Below, piece after piece: positions 30,277-39,524 of a DNA stretch of 64,000 nt. A program made the translations under genes and the position numbers. This stretch comes from Candidatus Micrarchaeota archaeon (GTDB taxonomy: Archaea > Micrarchaeota > Micrarchaeia > Anstonellales > Bilamarchaeaceae): the NCBI GenBank assembly GCA_043812915.1, contig JBDRLQ010000020.1, forward strand, positions 1 through 64,000, read 5' to 3'. Every line of letters starts with the position of its first letter. Within the stretch, counting starts at the first letter, position 1. Under the pieces are notes generated by a model, which had not been told where the DNA came from, made no database searches, and saw nothing but the letters and a program-made list of their open reading frames with translations.

Positions 30277-31457
30277 GCACAACCGTCATCAAGGGAGCCA
30301 AAGCATTCATTGAGGGCAGATTCACGGATTGCGACGTTCTGATTAATGGCAGTGTGATTGCCGGCATTGGGAAAAACCTCAAGGGCGAGAAGAGTATGGA
30401 TGCCAGGGGATTGGTTCTCCTTCCCGGGCTAATCGACCCTCATGTCCATCTGAGGCAGCCTGGCGCGGAATACAAGGAGGACTTCAATTCAGGCTCCAGG
30501 GCGGCTGTTGCCGGCGGGTTCACCACCATCATGGACATGCCGAACAACAATCCCCCCACAACCACCTTCGCCAGGCTGGAGGAGAAGAAGCTGCTGGCAA
30601 AGAAGGCTGTCTGCGATGTGAGATTCCACTTCGGGGGGACCGATGACAATTTCGAGGAAGTGCGCAAGGTCAATCCCGAGTCCATGAAGATTTACCTGGG
30701 CCTCACCACTGGTGAATTATATCTCAGGCAGCCGCATTCGCTTGAGAGGCACTTCGAGAACATCTACCCCAAGAGCGTGCTCTTCTTCCATGCGAGCGCA
30801 AACGGCCCTGAAGAGCAGTCCATTGCAGATACCCTTGATAATATAGGGAGGGTGGGGGAACTTTCCGGGCGGTATCTCAGGAAGTTCCACATAGCACACG
30901 CCTCCTGCGGGGCTGAAGTTGCAAGGACAAGGGAATTCGAAAAGGGCACGGTGGAGGTGGCTCCGCATCATCTCTTCCTCAATTCAAAAGACGCTAAGAA
31001 GCTCGGGGTGAACGGCACGGTCTATCCCCCTCTCCGCTCCGAGAAGCGCAGGAAATCCCTGTGGAAGGAGTTTGACAAAATAGACTGCATCGGCTCTGAC
31101 CACGCGCCGCACACATTGGAAGACAAGGAGGAAGGCGCGCACGGCTTCCCTGGCCTTGAAACCACCCTTCCGCTCATGCTTGACGCCTGCCACAGGAAGC
31201 TTTTCAGGCTGGAGGAAATAATCCCTATGATGAGCCACCGGCCAGCGCAGATATTCGGGCTTGAAAAAGTGGGCGAAATCAGGGAGGGCAATTTTGCAAA
31301 TCTCACGCTGGTCGATTTGAAAAAAGAGTGGACTGTCAAGGGGGAGGAGCTCCAGACAAAATGCAAGTGGAGCCCCTATGACGGAAAAAAACTGAAAGGA
31401 AAAGTGCATTCAGTGCTCTACAAAGGCAGGCTTGTCATTGAAGACGGGAAATTCTAA
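30273..31457 (+). CDS. pyrC: Dihydroorotase
   Basis: 'PGLIDPHVHLRQPG', 'DMPN', 'SDHAPH', 'KCKWSPYDG'. Confidence 0.9.
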   Translation: MSTTVIKGAKAFIEGRFTDCDVLINGSVIAGIGKNLKGEKSMDARGLVLLPGLIDPHVHLRQPGAEYKEDFNSGSRAAVAGGFTTIMDMPNNNPPTTTFARLEEKKLLAKKAVCDVRFHFGGTDDNFEEVRKVNPESMKIYLGLTTGELYLRQPHSLERHFENIYPKSVLFFHASANGPEEQSIADTLDNIGRVGELSGRYLRKFHIAHASCGAEVARTREFEKGTVEVAPHHLFLNSKDAKKLGVNGTVYPPLRSEKRRKSLWKEFDKIDCIGSDHAPHTLEDKEEGAHGFPGLETTLPLMLDACHRKLFRLEEIIPMMSHRPAQIFGLEKVGEIREGNFANLTLVDLKKEWTVKGEELQTKCKWSPYDGKKLKGKVHSVLYKGRLVIEDGKF

Positions 31458-31516
31458 TCTCAGTTTCTACTTTCGGAGACTTGAATCAGGTTCCTTGACA
31501 GGCCCCAAAGCAAGTT

Positions 31517-31864
31517 TCACCACCCGTCAATCTTATCCTCAATGATCCGGGACCATCTCCTGATGATTGCCTTGAGTATCCCCCGGATATTCTCCTTGCT
31601 GTTGCATCGATATAAGAATATGTAGCCGCCTGAATCCAGGTTTCTCTGGCTGCGCAAAATGACTTTTTTCTCGGCAAGCTTCTTGACTGCCTTCTGGATT
31701 GTGGTTAGATTGAGCTTGGTCCTGCGGGAAATCATGTTGGCTGCGAACTCCTGCCCGTGGTTTTGGACGAAGAACTGCAGTATCCTGAATTCTGCTCGTG
31801 TCAGCCCAAGGCTGCACTTGATTATATCATCAAGGTTGAACTGCTTGCATGCAAAATCTATCAT
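31517..31864 (-). CDS. Winged-helix transcriptional regulator (TrmB/MarR-like)
   Basis: 'CSLGLTRAEFRIL...LTTIQKAVKKLAEKKVILRSQRNLDSGGYIFLY'. Confidence 0.8.
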   Translation of the reverse strand: MIDFACKQFNLDDIIKCSLGLTRAEFRILQFFVQNHGQEFAANMISRRTKLNLTTIQKAVKKLAEKKVILRSQRNLDSGGYIFLYRCNSKENIRGILKAIIRRWSRIIEDKIDGW

Positions 31865-31933
31865 TGCTCTCTGTTTCCCTCCGCCCAATAAATACGTTTC
31901 GGTTTTGAAAAAGAAAAGGAAGAAGAATGCAGG

Positions 31934-33079
31934 TCAGCTGCAGTCTATCGTCTCCCGGACGATGCCATTGCACTGGAGCTGCCGGCCAAGCAGGATGAAG
32001 AAGAGCACAATCGCAACCACAAGGGCCGTCAGAATGGCAGCATATATTATCGGGCTCGGTACGAATACGCTGAAGACAAAGCTTCCAAGCACTGCGAAAG
32101 CGACAACCGGGCAGACCAGCCCCCACTGCGTCACATAGAATTCCTTCCTGAAGAAATAGTTCCGGAAGTAATCTTTCAGCAGGCTCATGCCAAAGAGCAA
32201 GTACCAGCTCTCGAAGGCGAATGCAACCGTCATCACTGCCATGAAATAGATGCCAAGGTGCTCGCCGAACTGGTTCTCCACATAGTGTCCTAGCCTGAAT
32301 GCGCTTATCGCATAAAGCGTGATGTTGGGCACCACTATGAGGAAGCTTGGCAGGAACTGCTTTGCGGGCATTCCTTTAGATGCGAAGTGGCTCTTGAATA
32401 TCGCAATGAGCTTGACTGCCAAGAGGAACAGCCCCATGGTTCCCGAGACCAGCGACATGAAGGCAGCCGTGTGCGCAATGGCAGGGTCCTTGGCCATTGC
32501 CGCAATTCCAGTTCCTGTCACTGTAAGCATTCCAAGGGCAAACGGATGCAGGAGCCAGCCGAAGCTTACCTTGCTCACATCAAAGCTCTTCTCGAAAGCT
32601 ATCTTGAGCAGCCTGATATCGGTCTTTATGAGCAGCAGCCATATCAGCCCCCATGCAAGGAGAGCCGGAGCCATCAGCGCCTGCAGGTTCTCCGCAAATA
32701 GCGGGATGAAGAATCGGACCGGTCCGATGAATACGTTCATGGTCATGATTATAGAAATGAAAGGCGCTACAATCGTTGCATTCCTGAGAGGATCGTTTAG
32801 CAGTGCCTTGTAGTCCTCTCTCTTCCACCCAAGCAGGTCCTTTATCAGGACTAATGTCAGGATTATGTGAATTGCTGCAAAGAGCAGCATGATTCCTTCC
32901 AGGGACATGAAGAGCGCTTCATTGACAAGAGAAAGGGCTCCATGGTCAATCTGTGATAACTGCACAAGGCCAGGCCCATGCTCATATGTGTATTGGAAGA
33001 AAGCGAATGGTATTATGGCTATCCCACCCGCTCCGAGGGGCATGAGGAAAATCAGGGGGTTGAACTTCTTCGAATTCAT
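31934..33079 (-). CDS. Polytopic membrane protein, TsoY-like / TDT (SLAC1-TehA) superfamily-like
   Basis: About 10 TM helices; 'FLMPLGAGG', 'QWGLVCPVVA', C-terminal Cys residues; family assignment from memory of motifs. Confidence 0.6.
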   Translation of the reverse strand: MNSKKFNPLIFLMPLGAGGIAIIPFAFFQYTYEHGPGLVQLSQIDHGALSLVNEALFMSLEGIMLLFAAIHIILTLVLIKDLLGWKREDYKALLNDPLRNATIVAPFISIIMTMNVFIGPVRFFIPLFAENLQALMAPALLAWGLIWLLLIKTDIRLLKIAFEKSFDVSKVSFGWLLHPFALGMLTVTGTGIAAMAKDPAIAHTAAFMSLVSGTMGLFLLAVKLIAIFKSHFASKGMPAKQFLPSFLIVVPNITLYAISAFRLGHYVENQFGEHLGIYFMAVMTVAFAFESWYLLFGMSLLKDYFRNYFFRKEFYVTQWGLVCPVVAFAVLGSFVFSVFVPSPIIYAAILTALVVAIVLFFILLGRQLQCNGIVRETIDCS

Positions 33080-33081
33080 AA

Positions 33082-33414
33082 CTATCCCTCCAGCCCGGAG
33101 AGGGTGGAATTGATTTTCTCCATCAGGGCGTCTTTAGGCATGAATCCGGAGAATCTGGCCACCTCTTTTCCCCTGTGGACAATCACCATGGTCGGGATGC
33201 TCGAGATTCCGAAAGCGGCCGATAGTTCCCGTTCTTTTTCGACATCTACTTTTGCGAATCTTAGTTTTTCCTGGCATTCCTTGCTCGCCTCCTCAAAGAC
33301 CGGCTCCATCATCTGGCATGGGCCGCACCAGGCCGCCCAGAAATCTATTATTGCCGGTGTTTCAGACTCAATCACATCCTTGTAGTCCTCTTTGGTAAGA
33401 TGTTCTACGCTCAT
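33082..33414 (-). CDS. trxA: Thioredoxin
   Basis: 'IIDFWAAWCGPC', 'SIPT'. Confidence 0.95.
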   Translation of the reverse strand: MSVEHLTKEDYKDVIESETPAIIDFWAAWCGPCQMMEPVFEEASKECQEKLRFAKVDVEKERELSAAFGISSIPTMVIVHRGKEVARFSGFMPKDALMEKINSTLSGLEG

Positions 33415-33459
33415 TTTATCAACCTCTTAAGCTTCTATGATGCATAACTTCTGATAAGC

Positions 33460-33471
33460 ATCAGTACTGAT
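33460..33471. promoter_or_regulatory. Perfect 12-bp palindrome ATCAGTACTGAT, candidate operator of the trx operon
   Basis: About 45 bp upstream of the trxA start; partial second copy ATCAGTACT at 33529-33537. Confidence 0.5.
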
Positions 33472-33590
33472 AATAAATAGAAGTAGTATTTATACTTTGG
33501 GGAGTGCCTATACAAATCTTGGGAAAATATCAGTACTTTGCCCAGATCAAGCCATCCTACCGAGGTTCTATCTGAGTAGCAGAGTTTAAA

Positions 33591-33801
33591 GGCTCTGGCC
33601 CTCAGAACAGAGCTTGGAAACGAGGTTTAGCAGGGGGTTCTGCTGACCTGAGACGAGCCTGGAAAGCACAGGGTAGGATTCGAAGTGTGGGCTCTAATCC
33701 CCAAGCAGTAGGTTCAGAGACCAGTTCTCTGGACCTTCCTCTTGCATTTAGTACTTAGTACAGTTCCTACCCGAAAAATTAGGCACTCTGGTGCTTTTTT
33801 T
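33591..33801 (+). ncRNA. Putative structured non-coding element upstream of the integrase
   Basis: TTTAAA at 33585-33590; hairpins 33592-33613, 33623-33649 and 33711-33735; long-range stem 33671-33678/33765-33772; hairpin plus T7 at 33783-33801. Confidence 0.4.
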
Positions 33802-33843
33802 CACACAGATGCTAAAATAGTAGTTCCGTCGGAGTCTGAGACT

Positions 33844-34413
33844 ATGTCGGAAGTGGATCTGTACAACTATGGGCGAAGGTATCGCCGGAACCTTGAAGTA
33901 ATAGAAGGGGATAAGCTAATTTGTAAGGAGAATAAGAAGGATATTACGTCCTTTGCCAAGATGAGGCTCGCTAAGGGCTCGGGTTATGGCCGGGTGGCAA
34001 AGGTGCTCTACTGCCTGAGGAATCTGGCCATCTGGATAAAGAAGCCGTTCAGGGAAGCCACAAAGGATGATTTGGTAGCCCTTATTGGCGACCTTGAAAC
34101 CCATGATTACTCGGAGCATACCAAATACGATTACAAGATAGTCCTCAAATTATTCTACAAATGGCTCAAAGGGAACGATGAGACCGTACCCAATGAGGTG
34201 AAATGGCTCAAGCCAAAGCTGAAAAACGGAAGGCATAAGCTGCCTGAGGACCTGATTACAGAAGATGAGGTCATGCAGCTGGTCGAGGCTGCTGAGCATC
34301 CCAGGGATAAGGCCATTGTCCTTGTTTTGTATGAATCCGGCTGCCGTATTGGAGAACTCCTTTCCCTGAAGATGCAGAATGTCAAATTTGACCAATACGG
34401 AGCGGTTCTAATC
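33844..34413 (+). pseudogene. Truncated tyrosine recombinase/integrase
   Basis: SAM-like N-domain and box I 'RDKAIVLVLYESGCRIGELL'; similarity ends at 'VKFDQYGAVLI', after which the frame is the antisense of the next gene; no HxxR or catalytic Tyr. Confidence 0.85.
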
Positions 34414-34845
34414 CTTCACTACCTCTACGTGGGCCTCGCCGCCCTCGTAAATGCTGGTAATCCTGAATCTGGTCCAGCCATATGTGGGCTGCTCCATCAG
34501 GATATCATCCGTGATGCGGTGCTGGACAATCTCGACAATCTCCATGTCGCCTTCGGGGGTATCGAGCAGCATCACAATCTCGCCGCCACGCCCGACGCTG
34601 GCGGTGGAAATCTGAACCATGTTCCTGGGGATATACGTGTCGGTATAGACCGTGGTATTCGTCCCGAGGCTTCCTACGGCATTGGTAAGGTAGGCGAGCC
34701 TGAATATCGCGAGCTCCGCCTCATATGAGGCAATCTGCTGGTTCGCGTCATTCGCCTTGAAATAGACCAGCGCCAGCAGCGGTATGAATACCAGCAGTAT
34801 CAGCGAGACAATCACCATAAGTTCTGTGCTTACTTGCCCTCTCAT
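34408..34845 (-). CDS. Class III signal peptide (pilin-like) protein
   Basis: 'MRGQVSTELMVIVSLILLVFIPL'. Confidence 0.85.
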   Translation of the reverse strand: MRGQVSTELMVIVSLILLVFIPLLALVYFKANDANQQIASYEAELAIFRLAYLTNAVGSLGTNTTVYTDTYIPRNMVQISTASVGRGGEIVMLLDTPEGDMEIVEIVQHRITDDILMEQPTYGWTRFRITSIYEGGEAHVEVVKD

Positions 34846-35966
34846 TTCTTCCTCACTCTCCCGCGCTTTGTCTTGTGGACCTTCCTTCTTTTTGCCTTTC
34901 TCATGTCCTTCCTCTTTGAGAGTATGCCATCAAGTTCCATTGCAATCTCGTCAACGGTCTCCCTGAGGGTGCTCCTTTCGCTGGAGAGGCTGATATAGCC
35001 ATCATCTGTGTCGAAATACAGATTCACGTTGAAGACTGACTTCTTTTCCCTCACATGCACCTTCGCGTTCCTGATGTTGAATGAGCCTGAGAACTTGTCA
35101 AGGGCAGCACCAATCTTGTTCTTTATGTGGGGGTACATCATTATGTTCTCATCCCCGAGGCCGCCAATCATGAGGTCTGATTCCCCCTCTCCGCGGGCCA
35201 TGTTCTGGATGCTTCTGAAAAGGTCCACTGCCGAGAGCACTCCGACCGGCTTGTGCTTGGCGATTACTATCACCGACGAAACCTTGTTCTTAATCATCCT
35301 CTTTGCCGCGTCCTCTGCGGTGTCCGCCTCCCCTACGACCGCGATGTCAGGCCTGAAGAATTCCTTTATCTTCAGACTGTCCAGGCTCTTTACTTCGCTG
35401 ACGCCATAAGGCTTCTTCTGGCTGACCTGCCTGTGGAAGGCCCTTTCTGCGGCAAGGTCGAGCGTGGAGATAATCCCGATTGGCTTGGACCTCCTGACAA
35501 CTACCAGCCTGCTGCACCTGTTCCTCTTCATCAGGCTCTTGGCCGCTGCCAGATTGTCAATCTCTTCAATAGTATAAACCGGCGCGCTCATCATTTCAGA
35601 GACCTTTGATTTCGGCATCAGCCTCTCTTTCATCATGTCCTGTAGCAGCTCGACCCGCGTAGTTATCCCGAGCGCGTACCCATCCGCATCTACAATGGGC
35701 AGTGCCTTATAATGCCCGAGAAGGAAAGCGTCCACCCTCTCAAGCAGGTCTGCCTTGGGCAGGAGTGTGGGCGGCTTGGTGATGACCGTCTCGCATGGGG
35801 TTTTTTCGTTGTTCATGAATCCGTGGCCAAGGCTCCGGTCATCTATTGTCCCGAAATACTTGCCTTTTTTGGTGACAATCACTGCGGTTCCGCTGTCAGT
35901 CAATTCGCTAATGGCCTTTGAAAGAGGTTCTTTTGAATCCAGCACAAGGGTTGATTTTATCTCCAT
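34842..35966 (-). CDS. Four-CBS-domain protein with C-terminal HPF/RaiA-like domain (candidate ribosome hibernation factor)
   Basis: Four CBS repeats; C-terminal ~95 aa beta-alpha-beta-beta-beta-alpha pattern plus basic tail. Confidence 0.75.
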   Translation of the reverse strand: MEIKSTLVLDSKEPLSKAISELTDSGTAVIVTKKGKYFGTIDDRSLGHGFMNNEKTPCETVITKPPTLLPKADLLERVDAFLLGHYKALPIVDADGYALGITTRVELLQDMMKERLMPKSKVSEMMSAPVYTIEEIDNLAAAKSLMKRNRCSRLVVVRRSKPIGIISTLDLAAERAFHRQVSQKKPYGVSEVKSLDSLKIKEFFRPDIAVVGEADTAEDAAKRMIKNKVSSVIVIAKHKPVGVLSAVDLFRSIQNMARGEGESDLMIGGLGDENIMMYPHIKNKIGAALDKFSGSFNIRNAKVHVREKKSVFNVNLYFDTDDGYISLSSERSTLRETVDEIAMELDGILSKRKDMRKAKRRKVHKTKRGRVRKK

Positions 35967-36045
35967 AAAAACATCCTCCGCCCGAGGTTTCTTCCTCCCA
36001 AGGGGATAGAAGATATTTAAACGAATAGCTATATAAATCAACGAT

Positions 36046-36789
36046 ATGGCGAACCAGGCACCGGCTCCATCAGGTCCACGAAAAATCAGGATGATAGAGA
36101 ATCAGGGCTTCAATTATATTGAGGAGATGGTGGCCAAGCCGACCTGGAAGGAAATACTTCTTGATTTGATAGATTCCAACAGGATTGACCCGTGGAATAT
36201 TGACCTTGTTGAGATTTCCAACGCTTTCCTTGGGAAGGTCCGGGAGATGGAGCGCATGGACCTTGGAGTCCAGGCAAACGTAATCCTTGCAGCGGCCATA
36301 CTCCTGCGCTACAAGAGCAATTACCTTAGCGCCCTGCAGCAGGCGGAGCTCACAGAATACATCCCGGAGGAGCTCCCGCTGGATATGGGGCCTGTGGATG
36401 ATTTGCCAGAGCTAACCCTATCCTCAAGGATTCCTCCCAAAAGGCAGATTAGCCTCGACGAGCTGGTAACTGAGATGGAGCGGATTATCCGCTATGATTC
36501 TGAGGAGCGCGCTGTCAGGACACCTCGGGGCGCCATCGTGGACACCGTGGATTTCGAGCTGGAGGAAAAGGACATTGAGCAGAAGATGGGGCAGGTCTTC
36601 GAGAAGATAAAGCAGAGTGCTGACAATGAGGGCTGGTCCCTGTTCTCGCGCGTAGTTGGCGGAGATGAGAAGCGCGAGATGGTCTACACCCTGCTCTCGG
36701 TGCTCCATCTGGTCCAGGAGAAGAAGATAGACATCAGGCAGGACAAGATGTTCGGTGAGATATTCATCAAATTGCTTGAGAAATGCTGA
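36046..36789 (+). CDS. scpA: Segregation/condensation protein A (kleisin)
   Basis: 'IDPWNIDLVEI', 'AAILLRYKS', C-terminal 'LLSVLHLVQEKKIDIRQDKMFGEIFI'. Confidence 0.9.
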   Translation: MANQAPAPSGPRKIRMIENQGFNYIEEMVAKPTWKEILLDLIDSNRIDPWNIDLVEISNAFLGKVREMERMDLGVQANVILAAAILLRYKSNYLSALQQAELTEYIPEELPLDMGPVDDLPELTLSSRIPPKRQISLDELVTEMERIIRYDSEERAVRTPRGAIVDTVDFELEEKDIEQKMGQVFEKIKQSADNEGWSLFSRVVGGDEKREMVYTLLSVLHLVQEKKIDIRQDKMFGEIFIKLLEKC

Positions 36790-36854
36790 TTCTTTCATAT
36801 GTTGCTGGAAAAAGGGATTTTGAAGAAGAATAAAGACAAAGAAAAAAAAGAAAA

Positions 36855-37238
36855 TTATGAGATTACTGCCCTTCCGCCCTTCGGCTTCGGCTTGGATTTC
36901 ACAATCTTCACGTTCGAGGGCGTCAGGAGAATCATGTCGCTCGAAAGAAGTGCGATATCCCCATTAATCTTCGAGGAATTCGATTTTAGCCTGGCGATGA
37001 TTCCCTTCAGCCTGTTCGGCTGCTTTGAAAGAGGCAGCACATTGAGTATTATGATGTTCTTTGTGCTCAGTTCCTTAAGGCAAAGGTCTCCATCGCCTTC
37101 ATTTCTGAGATCAACTCTCTTTACATAAAAATCAGCTGGAGGATTAATCATGTCTCCTTCTGCTTCCATGACCTCTTCGAGGTCCGGAACCTCTACTTCT
37201 TCGCTCTTGCCGCCGAAAACCTTGTCAAAAAGTCCCAT
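36855..37238 (-). CDS. sepF: Cell division protein SepF (archaeal)
   Basis: Amphipathic 'MGLFDKVFGG' N-terminus; 'NIIILNV', 'GDIA...ILLTPSNVKI'. Confidence 0.85.
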   Translation of the reverse strand: MGLFDKVFGGKSEEVEVPDLEEVMEAEGDMINPPADFYVKRVDLRNEGDGDLCLKELSTKNIIILNVLPLSKQPNRLKGIIARLKSNSSKINGDIALLSSDMILLTPSNVKIVKSKPKPKGGRAVIS

Positions 37239-37483
37239 CTAAACACCTTCCTTGAAATATCTGTCTCGTTTTTCCCGAGGCTGTACTGATTACTACAATT
37301 GCATTTAAATATCTAACACCCCTCGACGTTCTGTTCCGGCTTAAATAACCATCGGAAGCGAAATCCCCCTCGGAGAATGTGGCTTCAGGGGAGCCCGACT
37401 TCATAAACCGCTTTTTATCCACCAGTTCATTTATAAACATTTACCTCTTCTTTTGTGCTGGAAAAATCCCAATAGGTGAACAT

Positions 37484-39478
37484 ATGATTGATGCGGTAAC
37501 ACTCGCCTTCTTGGCTGGTGTATTGACTCTTCTTTACGCCGCGTATCTGGCTTTCATGGTTGTGAAGGCCCCGCGCGGAACCGAGAAGATGCAGGAAATA
37601 TCAAAAGCAATTGAAGAAGGCGCAAACGCTTTCCTCATGAGGCAGTATAAGACACTGCTTCCGATAGTCGTTGTTCTTTTCGCGATTATCGCGGTTCTTG
37701 TCGGAGCGAATACGGCAATCGCCTTTGTCGTCGGTGTGGTCTCATCCGCGCTGGCAGGGTACATCGGCATGCAGGTATCTGTCCGCGGCAACGTCCGTGT
37801 CGCAGAGGCGGCAAAGAAAGGGCTCAAAGGGGCGCTTTCAGTGGCATTCAAAGGCGGCGCGGTAACTGGTATGGCCCTTGCGGGGCTTGGCCTTATCGGC
37901 CTTAGCATACTGTTCGCGGTCTTCGGAGGGAGCCTCGTCCCGATGATTGGCTATGGTTTCGGAGCCTCGCTCATCTCGCTATTCGCGCGTGTTGGCGGAG
38001 GCATCTACACCAAGGCGGCCGATGTCGGGGCAGACCTTGTCGGAAAAGTGGAGGCAGGGATACCTGAGGATGACCCCAGGAACCCAGCCGTCATAGCTGA
38101 CAATGTGGGCGACAATGTGGGCGACTGCGCCGGTATGGCGGCAGACGTCTTCGAGTCATTCGTGGTCACTGTGATTGCAGCCATGCTCCTCGGATTCGCT
38201 GTCGGCTCTGACGCGCTTATCCAGATTCCCCTGGTGATTGCGTCCATTGGTGTGCTCTCAAGCATTGTCGGCTCGCTTTTTGTCGGAGTCGGAAAGGACG
38301 GGCATATCATGAAGGCGTTCTACAAGGGGATAATCGCAGCGGCAATCGTGATGCTGATTGTATCATACATATACTTCAGCGGGCTTCAGATGGCTGTTCT
38401 TGCGCCAATGGCGCTCTTCCTGACCGTAGTGATTGGTGTGATTGTCACTCTGGCGATGTTCGTCATCACCGAGTACTATACGTCCACCTCGTTCAAGCCA
38501 GTCAGGGACGTTGCCGAGGCTTCCAAGACAGGAGCTGGCACCAACCTGATTACCGGCCTTGCTGTCGGCATGCAGTCAACTGCGATTCCGGCTATCCTGA
38601 TTGTCATCGCAATCGCGATGTCATACCAGTTCGGCGGCCTCTATGGAATCGCTCTTGCGGCGGCGTCGATGCTCTCCTTAAGCGCAATAGTAATTGCGGT
38701 TGACTCATACGGCCCGATTACTGACAACGCGGGCGGAATCGCCGAGATGTCAGGGCTGCCTGGTTCGGTTCGGAAGATTACCGACGCGCTTGACGCTGTT
38801 GGCAACACCACTAAGGCAACCACCAAGGGATTCGCGATTGCGGGAGCCGCTCTTGGAGCCCTCGCGCTATTCGTGGCGTTCGCGGAAGATGCGCACCTTG
38901 AGGAAATAAACCTCCTCAATCCGGCAGTCGTCATCGGGCTGTTCATCGGTGCGCTCCTCCCATTCCTGTTCTCCAGCCTTCTTATGACGGCTGTTGGCAG
39001 GGCCGCCTTCGAGATCGTGCAGGAAGTGCGCAGGCAGTTCAGGGAAATCAAGGGACTGATGGCAGGAACAGCCAAGGCTGACTACGCAAAATGCGTTGAC
39101 ATCAGCACCGCGACAGCTCTGCGTGAGCTTGCGGTTCCTGGTGTGCTGGCTGTCATGACGCCTCTCCTTGTCGGCTATCTGCTCGGGGCGGCCGCGGTCG
39201 CAGGAATGCTTGCAGGCACCATCGCCGCGGGATTCCTTCTGGCGCTGTTCATGTGCACTGCAGGTGCGAGCTGGGACAACGCGAAGAAGCTTATCGAAGA
39301 GGGCAACTTCGGAGGGAAGGGCTCGGACGCGCATAAAGCCGCGGTTGTCGGTGACACTGTGGGCGACCCGCTAAAAGACACGGCAGGTCCCTCACTGAAC
39401 GCGCTCATCAAGGTGATTAACACAATCAGCCTGGTGTTCGCCGCGGTGATTGTTGAGCATAGCCTGAACCTGCTCTAA
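37484..39478 (+). CDS. hppA: Membrane-bound ion-translocating pyrophosphatase (K+-independent signature)
   Basis: 'GGGIYTKAADVGADLVGKVEAGIPEDDPRNP', 'DNVGDNVGD', 'GNTTKA', 'GDTVGDPLKDT'. Confidence 0.95.
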   Translation: MIDAVTLAFLAGVLTLLYAAYLAFMVVKAPRGTEKMQEISKAIEEGANAFLMRQYKTLLPIVVVLFAIIAVLVGANTAIAFVVGVVSSALAGYIGMQVSVRGNVRVAEAAKKGLKGALSVAFKGGAVTGMALAGLGLIGLSILFAVFGGSLVPMIGYGFGASLISLFARVGGGIYTKAADVGADLVGKVEAGIPEDDPRNPAVIADNVGDNVGDCAGMAADVFESFVVTVIAAMLLGFAVGSDALIQIPLVIASIGVLSSIVGSLFVGVGKDGHIMKAFYKGIIAAAIVMLIVSYIYFSGLQMAVLAPMALFLTVVIGVIVTLAMFVITEYYTSTSFKPVRDVAEASKTGAGTNLITGLAVGMQSTAIPAILIVIAIAMSYQFGGLYGIALAAASMLSLSAIVIAVDSYGPITDNAGGIAEMSGLPGSVRKITDALDAVGNTTKATTKGFAIAGAALGALALFVAFAEDAHLEEINLLNPAVVIGLFIGALLPFLFSSLLMTAVGRAAFEIVQEVRRQFREIKGLMAGTAKADYAKCVDISTATALRELAVPGVLAVMTPLLVGYLLGAAAVAGMLAGTIAAGFLLALFMCTAGASWDNAKKLIEEGNFGGKGSDAHKAAVVGDTVGDPLKDTAGPSLNALIKVINTISLVFAAVIVEHSLNLL

Positions 39479-39510
39479 AATCCCTTTTTTTTCCTTTTAT
39501 TATTTTCCTA
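39479..39510. terminator. Oligo-T tract between convergent hppA and kinase genes
   Basis: ccctttttt ttccttttat tattttcc directly after the hppA stop. Confidence 0.5.
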
Positions 39511-39524
39511 AAACAAGCGACTTG

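Noticed and set aside
31517..33079. Selenocysteine or read-through at the TGA of the TsoY-like gene (in frame with the downstream regulator)
   Set aside because: The spacer is a T-rich terminator-like tract, the regulator has its own RBS-like GGAGG and ATG, no SECIS was recognised, and in-frame phase has a 1-in-3 chance
33661..33740. Possible amber/pyrrolysine tRNA (starts GGAAAGC; CT-CTA-AT loop at 33692-33698)
   Set aside because: Only 3 bp close the loop, no T-stem or acceptor stem forms at tRNA spacing, and no pyl genes are in the window
33742..34728. Full-length 328-aa integrase ORF from the ORF track
   Set aside because: The last ~105 codons are the antisense of the pilin-like gene, catalytic residues are absent, and the real start is more likely ATG 33844
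37330..37420. Weak stem-loops upstream of hppA (CCCCT/AGGGG, AAGCG/CGCTT) as a riboswitch
   Set aside because: Short stems expected by chance; no recognisable aptamer consensus
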